Shown: positions 14,396-26,488, numbered from the whole stretch's first letter. The stretch: 61,608 nt of DNA, filler included, from Sphacelaria rigidula (GCA_964200075.2; 8 parts of 8 records of this genome joined end to end with filler, not necessarily neighbours in it); one strand, 5' to 3'. Made by a program: numbers and translations. The notes: generated by a model from the sequence alone, not told the origin.

Positions 14396-14935
14396 AAGAT
14401 GAAATGATTCTCTACATGGCTTTGCTGTATTCTTGGATGCCATAACTGTGGTACGCCCGAGTTCTGCTGTGTAACGTCGCTGCTCAGTTTTACTGTAGGC
14501 TCTGATTTCGCCGTGCCATGCTTGCTTTACAGCCGTGACAGGTCAAACCTTGTCGTGTAGACCTGAATGAGTAGAGTCACGGTGGATGCTAGGATTGCAT
14601 GACTCTCTATACTGCTTTCCTAAATCTTTCCATGCAACAGCTGTTGTGTTGCTCTTTCCAGCTTTGCTATATTCTTCGATGCAACACCTGCTGTAAGCCC
14701 GATTTCTGCTGTGCAATGCAGCGGAAAGGAGCGATTTGCACTGCAACTCAAAATGAAGTGAAACCTCTGTGCCTGTTTCGCCCCCTTTACCGACACCAGC
14801 TGGACTTGAAGTTTTAAGTTGTTCACCTCAAGCCTGCGCAATGATACTCCTGCAGCTCCGTCGGTTTACGGTGAGATGAAATGATTATCTACACCGCTTT
14901 GCTGTATTCTTGGATGACATAGCTGTACGACGCCA
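14396..14935 (+). repeat. Direct repeat of about 60 bp (14396-14460 and 14872-14935)
   Basis: agatgaaatgatt.tctaca..gctttgctgtattcttggatg.cata.ctgt present twice. Confidence 0.7.
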
Positions 14936-16088
14936 TTTCGTTGTGAATATTGACCATGTTGACCACGAGGGTAGGTCACCTGCTGAGTTGGCATGAATAT
15001 TCACTTGAAAAAAAAATATGCATGACGCAGAGGGACTACCCGCACCGCGGTCTAGAATTCACGACGCTCTACTGTGTTGCACTGTCTGAACTGCTGCTTA
15101 CAATCGCCGTATCCGTTGGGCACACAAAATTTGTATTGCTGCATTCACGTCTTGACTGAGTGGTGGTCAATGGGCAAACAAGCGCTCCTCCAACAACCGT
15201 CATATTTGGCACTGACAACTCTCCTGCTTCATGATTGCTCTTCACACAAATTCTGCTTAATTGTTGACACTTTCTACGATAGCCCCCCCTCAGAACGAGC
15301 TAAAAGTGTCAAGAAAAAAATGGCCATANNNNNNNNNNNNNNNNNNNNNNNNNNNNNNNNNNNNNNNNNNNNTTAATTAATTAANNNNNNNNNNNNNNNN
15401 NNNNNNNNNNNNNNNNNNNNNNNNNNNNTGACATTGTTGAGCGATAGCGTGTCGGAGTGATTTTTTTTTAATGCGGTGGGTTCACGTCAGCAGTCACCCC
15501 GCACTGGGTATTAGTGGGGTGCAGCAGTGTCACGGTAAATGTTGGACGCACGGCCCAATTCGACTAGTCTTGAGCTGAAATTTCAGGAAGACCTTCTGCA
15601 CCCATAGAACTGATACTTCACGAGCCCAGCTGCATATTCTCCTTTTTATCCTGGCATGATCTAGTTTTTTTTCTGAAATTTTGAATCCCCATAACTTCCT
15701 TCTCTTTTATTTTCTTTATTTGTTGCTCACGTGATCTTCTGCATCTCGATCATATAAAGCTGCTGTCAAAATTTCAGCGTCCAACTCCCAATATCTCGCC
15801 GTGCGTCGCCTGAGCGAGGTTCGCGCCTACTCTTGGCTGGCCCAGCTCGTACCGTGCATCAATCATCCATCAAGATTCCGGCGGGCTATAGACTGCTTCT
15901 GTCTTGAAAATCATAGGAGTAACAAGACAGAAGAACTCGCTGCTCGCAGTCAAGATAGAATATGGATACTGGTACGCTCAAAAATATACGATGGTTACAA
16001 GGAAGCGAAGTTGGCGAAAGACGAGAACGGAGCCAGTATTGTAAACAAATCCAACGAAACAGTAAGGTGAGAAAATAGCGCACCTTAC

Positions 16089-19000
16089 ATCACAGTACCT
16101 GCTGCCGGGAAGAGCTGAGAGAGCGCCCCAATACCAGCCCCCGTCCCGGGACCAAGCGGCACCGTCTTCTCCGTGAAGTAGCTGTTACCATCAGCATCGA
16201 CAGACACACACGGCAGCGTCCAGGAAGATGAGCAGCTCGACTTTTCCTTTGCCACTCCCGGCGATGCAGACGAGGCGGCGGCGGCAGCCGCCGTGGGTAC
16301 CGACGAAGCTATTGGTGGGATGGGCGTCGGATGCACTACTGCTTCTCGCGACGACGCGGCGGGAGGCGGCAATGATGTCGATGCGATCGGATGTGGATTC
16401 CCGCGGTACGTGAGCTCGAGCTCCTCGAGTTTCTGCTGCAGCTGCAAGACCACGTGGATGTTCTTCCTCTGGAGCGCCACGTCCGCGGGATGTCATGTTG
16501 GACGATGGAAGCATGGCCGGGGGGCAGAGAGCGGGGGGAGAAGGAGTGTTGTATTCAGTAGTAATGCAGTAGGGCCCCAGCATCGTTCGGTCGGGCGACA
16601 GACTGGCATGACCGAACTACACGGGGCCCCCGGACCATACTGGCATACCGTCACAGCTTGATAGTAGAATAGCGGATCGGACGTGTGACCAGTGATTTAC
16701 GGCCGCCACTGTCGTCAAACCCCGCACTGTATGTGATAGAATAGGTGAGAAGGGATTCGAGGGTTATCGAGAAACGTTTTCGAAAAACTCTCGGAAGGCG
16801 GGCTACCCATGAATAGTTTCTAGTTGAAGCCAAGAGTACGACTGGCCAGACAAGGGGTTGTGACCTGATAAGAGACGGGTTTCCACTTGCTCCACAGGGG
16901 TGTCGGATTACTACGGCGTTTAAACTTCGGTGAAGTTGTGAGGGCTCATCATTTATTTGACTGTACCGTACCTGTGGGGCACGTTCGTCGGTAAATTGCT
17001 TGTCGAGACTGTGGGTAAAAACGATGGCTGGCAGCCAGGGCGTGTCTCGCCAAAAAAAAAGAAGTCGAGATCAAAATCGAATTCGATTCTCGATTTCCGG
17101 TGTTGCGATTGGGTCCGACACTGGCAGCGAAAAATGCTTCTGAGGATGGTGGGAGCTGGGCCCATAGCCCCAGCAGCGAATAAATTTCAAGGTTAGGGGT
17201 ATGGGCTCAAAAGCTGACCGAGAGAGTTGCATCGCCACCCAACGGTGCTAGATAGCCCCCACGGTATCGATCACTCAACCACGTATGATGCGCGTGTTTC
17301 GGCTTCGATCCTTGAGGAATGAGGTGAAAAATACTGTTATCGAAAAACTGCGCGAAACAGCTGGCGCCAGTTCTACACGTTTTGCTAAGGGCTTTGTATT
17401 GAGACCGTGACATAATGGTCAACATAAATACACTACCGTACCAGAGTCGTGCTACGGTAGGGGTGCACAAACATTCTCTGGAACGGCATACCAGAGATAG
17501 ATGTAGACTCTCACGCCCTCACATGAGTGCAGGTAGCACGAAGTTGCGTCAGAACTTGAAGCGAGAATCTCGCAGGCAATCACTAATTGTGAAAAAAAAA
17601 AAATGCTTTGTTGCACAACGTGAAAATACCTCAGAAACGTTTTGGCCAAAAACGCGAACCCCTACCGTAGCATAGCTCTGCAAGGGGCAAGGTTCGCAAA
17701 TTCTTCGTAGTCAAGGGTCGACCCTTCGATCACCAGCCTCGTCTTGGAATAGCAACGTCGGCGGGAAGATCAGGTGTATCACTCAGGGGTTTTCAGGATG
17801 GGGTCCCCTTCGGGCTTGGGGGGTAGGAGTTCCCCAAACGTCGGAGGAAGCTTCCCACATCAACCTTGCGTGTTTCCAGGAAAATGTTAGGTCGCGTAAA
17901 CAGGCCTCAGTGGGGTGGAGTGACTCTTTTGACAGTCAAGATTTGTCGAAATGGTCACAATCAGCGTTATTCCTTTTCAATATTATGGAGGCATTCTACA
18001 GCGATTATAATTTATCATCTGCGGCGTCAATTGGAGACGGTCATGCTGTAAGCCCCAAAACATGCCAAGACCGGAGGGGCAGCGTCCTTGGAAGAGAGGT
18101 CTCCACATCAGCGCGGATAATTGGCGCTACAGACTAGTCACCGCGCATTGGGCAGCCGGATGGGAAAGTGTGGATATCACTGCGGAAGGGGGAAGCGTTT
18201 ATTGCGCGATATGTATTCCGTCACGATAATACTCGACGAAGTTGACACTGTGTGTTCCTAGTGACAGTACAACGAGTGCTGTGGTACTGACTGTACGATG
18301 CGAACCACGCTTCGGCAGGGCTACAATGTCCTCGATCCATCCGTGAAAAAAAATCAAATTGCAACTCGCACTCTGTTCTACTCTTGAACCAAGTGAAAAA
18401 CTCCGCAAAATGAAGATCACGCGCCTGTCAGAGAAAGGTCAATATCTTCACGTGGGAGCATGTCACCGAGTATATACACCATGTGGCGTATGGGCTTACA
18501 TGGACTTGAATGAACCGCTTCGCAGTGAAACTGCCAACCCCTTCAAATCCCGTGATCTTGGTTGGACGCCGAACACAAAAAATTGGGGGGCAGGGAGGCG
18601 TCGGAATGCAGTATTATAGTTGTCTTCGGTGGTGAGAAAACGCCTGCATAGAAAAGAGCCGGTACCACGCATGTTCCGCGCGTCATCCTCGTTTTTGCAA
18701 AAGTCGCGGCCAGCAGCATGTTGAGCCTAAGTACAGCAAAATAGCGGTGATCGCGCCAGTCGGAGCATATGGCGTGGACCGAAAGGCGGTGTAGGTGCAG
18801 ACCAGGTCTGTGCCATACCTTTTCGGCACAAGCTGTGCTGCACGTGTGGCCATGGGTGTACGAAGATGTCGGTACGTTGAGCAGTAATGGATGAACACAA
18901 AACAAACGTGCACCCTCCTCCCTCAACTATGGCAACTAAAGGCTGCTGCACGTCGATGGGTCATTGTTCCCTTTGCACCACTCCTGCCAAGCGCCCATGT

Positions 19001-19926
19001 TCTTTTATAGTAGCGCCCATCGAGTCCTACAGAAGTCGTCGTCCAAATCTCGCGGGCGGTTCGCGAACAATATCTCGGAACAGAAAACATAGCGTTCAAT
19101 GGATCAGTCCTTCGATGGCCAGTGTGACACATCAGTTGCAGTCATTTTTGAAAGGAGACGACATCGATGGGGCAGACGAGCCGCCCTCGAGGCCAAAGAA
19201 AACTCGGTCTGAGGCATTTCCACTCGATCTGAGGCATTTCCACTCTGGCCGAAGACTGTGCGATCCATGACAGAGAATCGTTTCGACACGACCGAAACAG
19301 CCCTCTCTGCACTCACGTCCAAACCAAGCTCTTCAGATTCTGCGAGATCTTCCTCGTCCATCTCCAGGAACATTCGCCCGTCAACGTCGCACAGCGACAA
19401 TGCATCGATCGCCTGCAGTATCCCGGCAATACAGTAGTGAAGGACGCCGACAGGGAGGGAGAGCGGGGCGGGGCTACGGTGACTCAGTGTATCTGTGTCT
19501 GCACAGCAATGTCCGCACCAGCACTGTGGAACTCTTCGATAACACACGTGCTGTAGTATGACTGTGTTCACCGTCTCTGCAGGGCAGCAAAGCCACAACA
19601 AGCAGCATCTAACCGCTAAAGTTGGGGGGCAGCATCACACAGCATTTAACGCAACGACTGAAAAAGGACGACAGCCAGTGCACCGTGGCAGCGTACTGCA
19701 CTCTTCTATGGGGTACATGCTCCCTCACTGTCTGACGCAACGGTAAACACCGAAGCACATAATTGCATCCATACGTCCCGCTCTATTTTGTTCTTGGAAA
19801 GACAACAGGAAACCATAACGCTTGATCTTCACTCACCTCAGCATCCAATCTCTTATCCTTTCCAAGCCATTCGCTCAACTTTGGAACGGACCAATTAGAT
19901 GGAGCTTCGCCGATCACCTGGCTCAT
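16089..19926 (-). CDS. Partial spliced gene: N-terminal SAM domain, coiled/low-complexity linker, start of cupin-like domain. Exons 19926-19837, 19412-19317, about 16468-16089; 3' part not found
   Basis: Exon1 MSQVIGEAPSNWSVPKLSEWLGKDKRLDAE|gtgagt; exon2 cag|AIDALSLCDVDGRMFLEMDEEDLAESEELGLD|gtgagt (SAM W..V..WL and IDGxxLLxLxEEDLxELG pattern); exon3 ends VSVDADGNSYFTEKTVPL...GALSQLFPAAGTV|gtaagg; exon3 acceptor uncertain. Confidence 0.65.
17450..17672. mobile_element. Possible small MITE bounded by a 15-bp perfect inverted repeat
   Basis: tgctacggtaggggt (17450-17464) and acccctaccgtagca (17658-17672). Confidence 0.4.
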
Positions 19927-20670
19927 GATCAATCTCGGGGTAAGCGGCACTAGAGGAACAATGTCCGCTCTGGTGATGTCTGGGCTTGGCCCACCGCGGG
20001 TCTGAACAAAAATCTAAGAACAATGTACCATCCAGCATTGCACGACTACAACAGTAGTCAGTAGTGGCAACTACCACTAATCCAACATGGGACAGAGGGG
20101 CGGAAGAAGTCATGGTGCTGGGCACCCCGGGGGCAAGAAGAGTTATGGTAGTACCGGTGGCAGGGGGAAGACCATGCACGGGATGGGAAATGCAGACTTA
20201 TGGAGGGAAGACGATATGCGTGTAGCTCTTATCGTTTTGTTGATGGCCACCTTCTGGATTATCATGACCATCAGGAGACGTCAAGGCAAAGACGGTTGGC
20301 TTGACAATTTGGGGCTGGGGTTTGGGATGGGGAGCAGCGCTCGGAGCTTCGCCAGGCAAGGTTGCTTCCATTTTTTCGTCACGATTGTTATTTTGTAGTG
20401 TGGGTTTGTCCTTCTCGTTCGCGGGCATATCATAATCGGTGCAATGCGCTAAAGATGTGCTCTGCAGATGTCCACTTGGCACCCTTCCCTTGCCGACTGC
20501 TGTTTGAAGTTCAACAGGGTGACGGGACGACGCTCCAACACTTTGAGAAAAGTCGGGTAAGGTATACCCTCTATCCGGGTATTTCGAAAAGTCGCTCTTC
20601 TAGTTTTTCAAAATAGTTGGGAAAGTAGTCAGATGATACCAATATTACCCAATATTCTTCAGTTTATTAT

Positions 20671-23042
20671 CTCTTGCACTCTTCGTCCTGTTAGTATTGG
20701 GATGGAATGAGGTCTCCAGCCCCACACCGGTGCCCTCACCAGGTTGAGAGGACCCCTTGTGATTGCGAGGGAGCGTCAAGCTCCCTGGCGAGACAAGGCT
20801 CAACCCTCGCTCTCTGCTCCGTTATCTGCTGGGTGGGCGGTATGGCCAAAATCCTGTTCCTTCTTGCACCCGTCTAGGGCTGCATTTTCTTGCTACGGGG
20901 ATGAGACCGCTGTTTTCGGAACGTTCTTTGTAGTCTTCCCCTTCCGTTGACACCGCCCTTATGTGTCGAAACCCAAAATCCGGCTATCATGGGGATGTGG
21001 AAATACCGCCATATATTCTCTCTTGCACTTCGTCCTGTTAGTGTTGGGATGGATTGAGATCTCCAGCCCCGCCGGCGCCCTCACCCAGACTTCTTTGCCG
21101 GCGCCCGGCGGCTCACCCATACTCTTCGGATCGTGCGTGTTTATACCTGTGCCTTTTATTGGTGTATTAGTGAGAGCAACCGACCTTAAGCTAACAAGCT
21201 GCATACAGCATCCCAGCATTGAGAACTACGATATGCATCCCCGCGTGTCCCGTTTCAGCTGACCCTCTCGAAGCCTCCTTATTCTACGTTAAAGAAACCA
21301 AATTCCGCCGGGTCGAGGCTTGCTACGAAGGCAATGGTATCCGCGTAATCCGCTTCGGCGACTTCCCGTTCGGCGACTTCCCGTGTCTTACTCCCCTGCT
21401 GCTCCGGTCCCGCCGTTTGCCCCATATATCGACGCACAACCCGGCTCGACTTCCATCCTATCTGCGCCATGACCGTCGCAACATCCTGGCCCGCTATGAT
21501 GCGTGCTACCGCCGCCCCCACCCGGAATGAATGCATCGTAAAATTTATATTCCCCAAACCCGCCCGCTGGGCATGCTTCTGCAGCAGAGCCGTCATAGCG
21601 CGCGGCGTCATCGCGGTGTCACACTTTACCAGCCGAATATTACCTGTCATACGTATCTCGGGAAAAAAAAACCCTGGCTTTCCTGCCAGCCCCATGATTT
21701 CATGGCCTTCGCATATACGTGTAGCGCCGCCACTGCAAACGTGTCCGGCATGTCCTCATCTGGGGCTACGTGGCATACCTGCCGCGAACCTTCCCTCAGC
21801 GTTTTGGCGAAACGAAAGTTCAAGACGATACCATGGTCTTCGCGCAGCCGCGAAACACTGATCGTCATCATATGCGTCAAATCCCCCCCCCTACGTGAAG
21901 TCACCGTGAACAACGGAATATCCCTGACTAAAGCAATGGACTCCGCGGGGCGCTCAGTTCCTGCTAACTGTATTCTGATAGCTGCGATAATCGCGGCTAG
22001 ATCTGGCCGTAGCAGCGGCCGCACTTGCTTTGTGGGAATACCTGCTTTCTACTGCTCTGTAGCCGAGAATGCCAAGTATTCCGTCACTCGTACACTCTTG
22101 ACCGGATTACCTCGGTAGTCGGTGACGGACCAGTCGTCGCTGTTAGCGAGGATCTCTGTGTACGCACAGCGCAGTTTCGATATGTGCTATTTGTTGAGTG
22201 AAGTATGTACATACCGCTTCGCGCACCCGAGACCTAGATCCTTGTGTTGTTCCAAGCTGGCTGTGCCTATCTGTGGGCATTGCCCAACGTGCACCACCTT
22301 CGTACCTGTGCCCTGGGAGTCCTTGTATGCCAGATAATCCACGACTTGCTCCGGCGTGGCATTTTCCCATCCCATGGCGCCGCCCGAACGCTGGTGTATA
22401 AAACGGTCGAAATAATCGGCTACGACACTCTTACGCCTATGCCCTACCCTAGCCGCCCTTGCCGCGTCAAAAGCCGCCAGCCTGTCATTGAGCAGAATGT
22501 CAGTGATATGTAAAGGAGCCTCCCCTCGCGGCCGCGGCGCTGGCAGCGTTAATTTGGTGGGCACACCACAGCGCTGACAAAACCTGTAATTGCCATCATT
22601 ATGCTCTAGGTAAGCTCCGCACAGCACCCGAGGTACCTGATCCGCAATTCTGGTAGCGCCTTAGGGCACCCCGAGAGCGGATGTTCCTGCCGTTATTCCT
22701 CCGCCGCTCTCGCCTAACGGCATAAATGTCGCCACCCAGGTATCTGTGCCCGCCGTCACCTAGCACAGCAAAAGGCAGAAAGAGGTAGCCATAGAGGTGC
22801 TCAAGGGGGATGAAAGTATGATGCGGCAGCGCCTGCTACTCCACAAAGCGTCCGGCCACTTCGCTAGAGGGGGCCGGCCCCCGAGAGGGCGCTGGCAAGG
22901 GCCAGGATACGGAGGAGGATATGGAGGCCGTTGGCAGGGTGACCCGGATGGCCGATTTCGGGGCGGGGCCATGTTTCAGCCGAGCCCAACGGGCATAGCA
23001 TAGGCACCGCAGATGGCGCAGCAGTTGGCGCCCGGCGCCGCG
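20671..23042 (-). mobile_element. Tyrosine-recombinase retrotransposon (DIRS/Ngaro-like) remnant
   Basis: Frameshifted YR ORF plus downstream direct repeats 20671-20740 / 21020-21085; cut by the block end. Confidence 0.75.
21279..22630 (-). pseudogene. Tyrosine recombinase (DIRS-type YR), frameshifted and with stops
   Basis: N-terminal Cys-rich ND..RFCQRCG motif; SRRGGDL (catalytic R); AKT (K); HSFRVGAA...GWKS...RY catalytic motifs over ORFs 22187-22627, 21647-22024, 21279-21695. Confidence 0.88.
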
Positions 23043-23142
23043 NNNNNNNNNNNNNNNNNNNNNNNNNNNNNNNNNNNNNNNNNNNNTTAATTAATTAANN
23101 NNNNNNNNNNNNNNNNNNNNNNNNNNNNNNNNNNNNNNNNNN

Positions 23143-23207
23143 CGAAAGGGATGCGTGGTCAATGGTCAGACGACTAAGGCAAGCAACACATGAGAACGCC
23201 CCCCCCC
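23143..23207 (+). mobile_element. 3' end of upstream LINE copy followed by C-run
   Basis: gggatgcgtggtcaatggtcagacgactaaggcaagcaacacatgagaacgccccccccc matches 25672-25735. Confidence 0.85.
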
Positions 23208-23659
23208 TGTATCGAGTAAATGTATGGTAGGATGGGAGGAGTATGCCAATGCTAGAAAGGAGGTAAAAAATACGGTAAAGAAAAAGAAGAAGGGAACATG
23301 GGACGATGTACATCAGTGGATACAACAGATGAAGATTTCGATGGCGGGATACACAGCAAATGTGGGTACGGACGAAAGGGATATCGGGAAACCAGGCAGG
23401 AATGATAGACAAGGGGATTGCCACACTATGGGCACAGAAAGGTGAACTCCTCAGTAGTTCGAAGGGGGAGAGAGAAGTACTGGTAGAGCACTACCATAAA
23501 CTAGGAACACTAAAACTAACAAGAGGCTCGATACGGAAGTCGAGAAAGAAATCAACGCGTGGGCAGAAGCGAATGTAGATGCATCAAAACGGGAGGAAAT
23601 TGGCTCCAAATAATTAGGTAGGAATTTCGTAAGAGAGGAAGTAAGGAGTGTGTAGCTGA

Positions 23660-24560
23660 ACTCAAGCAACAGAAAGGCAGCAGGGGTAGACGAAATAGTG
23701 GACGATTGAACGTCTAAAGTACGGGGGAGAGGGGATGATTACCATGATGGTTATGCCATATACTTGGATATTGGAATAAGAGTACACACCCAAGAGGTGG
23801 AGAGAAAGAGTAGTAGTAAACTTCTTCAAGAAAGGAGACAAGGGTGACCCAGGGAACCATGGAGGTATAACGCTATTGAGCATCTTAGGGAAAATATTAT
23901 GCAAGATTCTGAAAAATAGAGTAGGAGCGATGCCACAGACGGAAGAAAAAATCAGCGGGGGACAAGCAGGCTTTAGAACAAATCGTAGTTGCGTAGACCA
24001 TGTGTACACATTAGGTAAGATTATTCACGGCAGGAAAGACGCCGAGCTGACAACGTACTGTTTCTTTCTAGACTCAGAAGAAGGCCGACGGCACAGTATG
24101 GAGACGTGGGCCGTGGAAAAAGATGTGGGACAGTGGGATCAGACGAAAAATGTGGAGAATGGTGAAGATGACAGGATGTGCCAAAAGTGCCATGATGCTA
24201 GACGGGGAAATATCGAAAATATTTTACAAGGAGTTGCACGAGGATGCACGCCATCATCTACTCTATTCGAAGAATTTACTAATGACCTGATAAGAGCAAT
24301 AGAAGCAGCAAAGCAAAGAGCCAAGATGGGGGAAGATACGGTATCGGGTTTGATGTTCGCGGATGATTTTGTGGGGATTTCAGAAACGCCAGAAGGATTG
24401 CAAAAGCAAGCAGAGAAGACGCTAGAATACACTAGGAAATGGAGAGTGATGGCGAACGTTAATAAATGCGCGGTACTTATATGTAGCGGAATGAGAGAAA
24501 CCCGGCAAAGTTCAAATGAAAGTGGGGAGACGAAGAATTGCCGATCGTAGACCAGTGTAC
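23660..24560 (+). pseudogene. Reverse transcriptase domain (non-LTR), disrupted
   Basis: KAAGVD, W.E..VV.FFKKGDK.DPGN..GITLLS.LGK, QAGFR and FADD motifs. Confidence 0.92.
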
Positions 24561-25513
24561 ACACCTCGCCGTATAGATCTCAACAAACTGTTTCTGGGAT
24601 GCCCACATAAATAAAGTAATAGAAAAGGGCAAGACACAGATAGGCAGGATGGACGTGATTCTCAGAGATTTGCACCTAGATAGTAGGAATAAGAGATGTA
24701 TTCAGATGAACGTGATTATACCAGAGCTGGAGTATGGAGGAGAAGTATGGGAGGGGAACGCGAAGTTGGTGAAGAAGCTGGTAACAGTACAGATGACAGC
24801 AGCTGAGAAAAAACTTGGATGCGCGGAAACGACGAGTGACACAGCATTGAGAGCAGATTTGGGAATGTACCCACTTGGAACAAACAGGCACGTGAGAAAA
24901 TTGCGATGACAATATAGCGCAAAGAATATGACAAGAAAAATATTGCCAGCCATGGTTGATAGGGCTGTATGAAAGAAATCCACGAAAGGGTATGCTGGAA
25001 GAAGGTGGGGTGGAGTAGTCGAGAAAGAATGGAAGGAGATAGGAGGATGGGAGGAAACCAAGACGAGATAATGTCCATAAGAGAATGTGGCGGGTACAAG
25101 ACAAATGTAAGAGACATTATATAAATAATGGAAAAATAAGTGCTAGGACGGAAAGTAGACGAGGAAAAGCACCTGAAGGTATACGGGGGGTTGAGAGAGG
25201 GGATAGGAATGGAAACATATCTGCATGGCCCGATTGACTTCTCGAAAAAATTGCAACTGCGATTTCGGGTGGGAGACCTGGACCTGCCAGAAAGAAGGAA
25301 GAGATATACCGGTAGTCGAAAGGAGGAGAAAGTAGATGCACCTGTGGCAAAGCAATAGAGAGTAGAGCTCATATAAAGGTAGAATGTGAACTATACGAGG
25401 AGGAACGGGACGTGGTTGAGGGGGATATGTGGGAAAGAAACGAAGGTGGAGCGAAATCGTTTGATACATTAGACAGTAGCGACAAAACGATGGCTATACT
25501 TGGAGATGGTGCT

Positions 25514-25548
25514 GGCCACAGGGGCCACAGGGGCCACAGGGGCCACAG
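25514..25548 (+). repeat. 9-bp tandem repeat (GGCCACAGG) x4 inside the LINE
   Basis: ggccacaggggccacaggggccacaggggccacagg. Confidence 0.9.
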
Positions 25549-25751
25549 GTGCAAATCAGGAGAGGGACAAGATGTGTCATTTGTTTTCGCGTCATGTATG
25601 GAAGAAACGTGATGAGCGCCGAAATGTTGGAGGTGTCTCTAATAGGAGTAGGAACGGTGCTCCGTCTCGAGGGGGATGCGTGGTCAACGGTCAAACGACT
25701 AAGGCAACCAGCAAATGGTAGTACGCGCGCCCCCGTCCCCGCCTCCCGCCC

Positions 25752-26063
25752 CGATGGTGAGACACCCACGAGGCAGTGTGTAAGCCGTGGCTGTCTCTGA
25801 AAGTGGCGATACCAGAAAATGAAGCAACTCATTAGAGGCTGTCATCCAAATGCAAGATAATAGGTACGCTTCGGGCCGAACAACCTTAGCAGGATGCAGC
25901 TCAACCTTCATGCGACTCACCAAACACATCACGGCGCTTCGCGCTTGGTGATCATTTGCGAGCCTGATCTGGCGAAAACCCGGCGTGCTCCGTCCCGGCT
26001 TTATAGGGATGCGGGGTCAATGGTCGTACGACTATGGCATGCAAGATCATGAGTACACCCCCC
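25752..26063 (+). mobile_element. Third tandem non-LTR fragment (subfamily B) ending catgagtacacccccc
   Basis: Last about 60 bp homologous to the LINE 3' end (gggatgcg.ggtcaatggtc..acgacta.ggca.gcaa...catgagtac.cccc); begins right after the C-rich tail of the preceding copy. Confidence 0.7.
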
Positions 26064-26447
26064 TCGCCTCGCCCACAGTGACAAAAAGGCAGCAAAATAA
26101 ATGAAGTAACACCAAGATCCTGTTGAGAAAAATCAAGCACGAATACCCTCCCGACCCTATGATGACCCCCGGGTTGATATTTTTTCGCAGCGAAAATCGT
26201 CCGCCCTCCAAAAAGCTACGATATTCCTGGCGTCAATTGATAGTTACTGTTGACGTAGCTGTTGTTGCAGCTGCTGCTGTAGGTTGTTTTCGGCGGGTCT
26301 TATACGAGCTTCGGCCCGTTGGCCAAGTCAGGCGGCGGAGGGTGATCGAGGAGGGTCGAGGGTAGGCTCGTTTCGCCGGCCCTTTTTATTCGCTGTCGGG
26401 GGAGATGTCATCGAAGCCAGTGCAAGAAGGGCGCAAGCTCCTCCGAG

Positions 26448-26488
26448 CGCGCGCGCGTGCGTGCGTGTGTGTGTGTGTGTGTGCGTGT
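26448..26488. repeat. (GC)/(GT)n microsatellite
   Basis: gcgcgcgcgtgcgtgcgtgtgtgtgtgtgtgtgt. Confidence 0.9.

Larger units (their letters stand above)
23208..25750 (+). mobile_element. 5'-truncated, degraded non-LTR retrotransposon (RTE/RTEX-like LINE)
   Basis: RT motifs QAGFRTNRSCVDH, GVARGCTPSSTLF, LMFADDFVG, W...NVNKC; many stops and frameshifts; C-terminal GCVVNG motif; ends in C-rich tail. Confidence 0.92.

Noticed and set aside
21279..24560. Tyrosine recombinase and reverse transcriptase as one system
   Set aside because: They are separated by an artificial spacer, and the RT is non-LTR type, not DIRS type
23143..25750. Terminal direct repeats suggesting LTRs around the RT
   Set aside because: The repeat is the LINE 3' end of a tandem upstream copy and also occurs solo at 61395-61546
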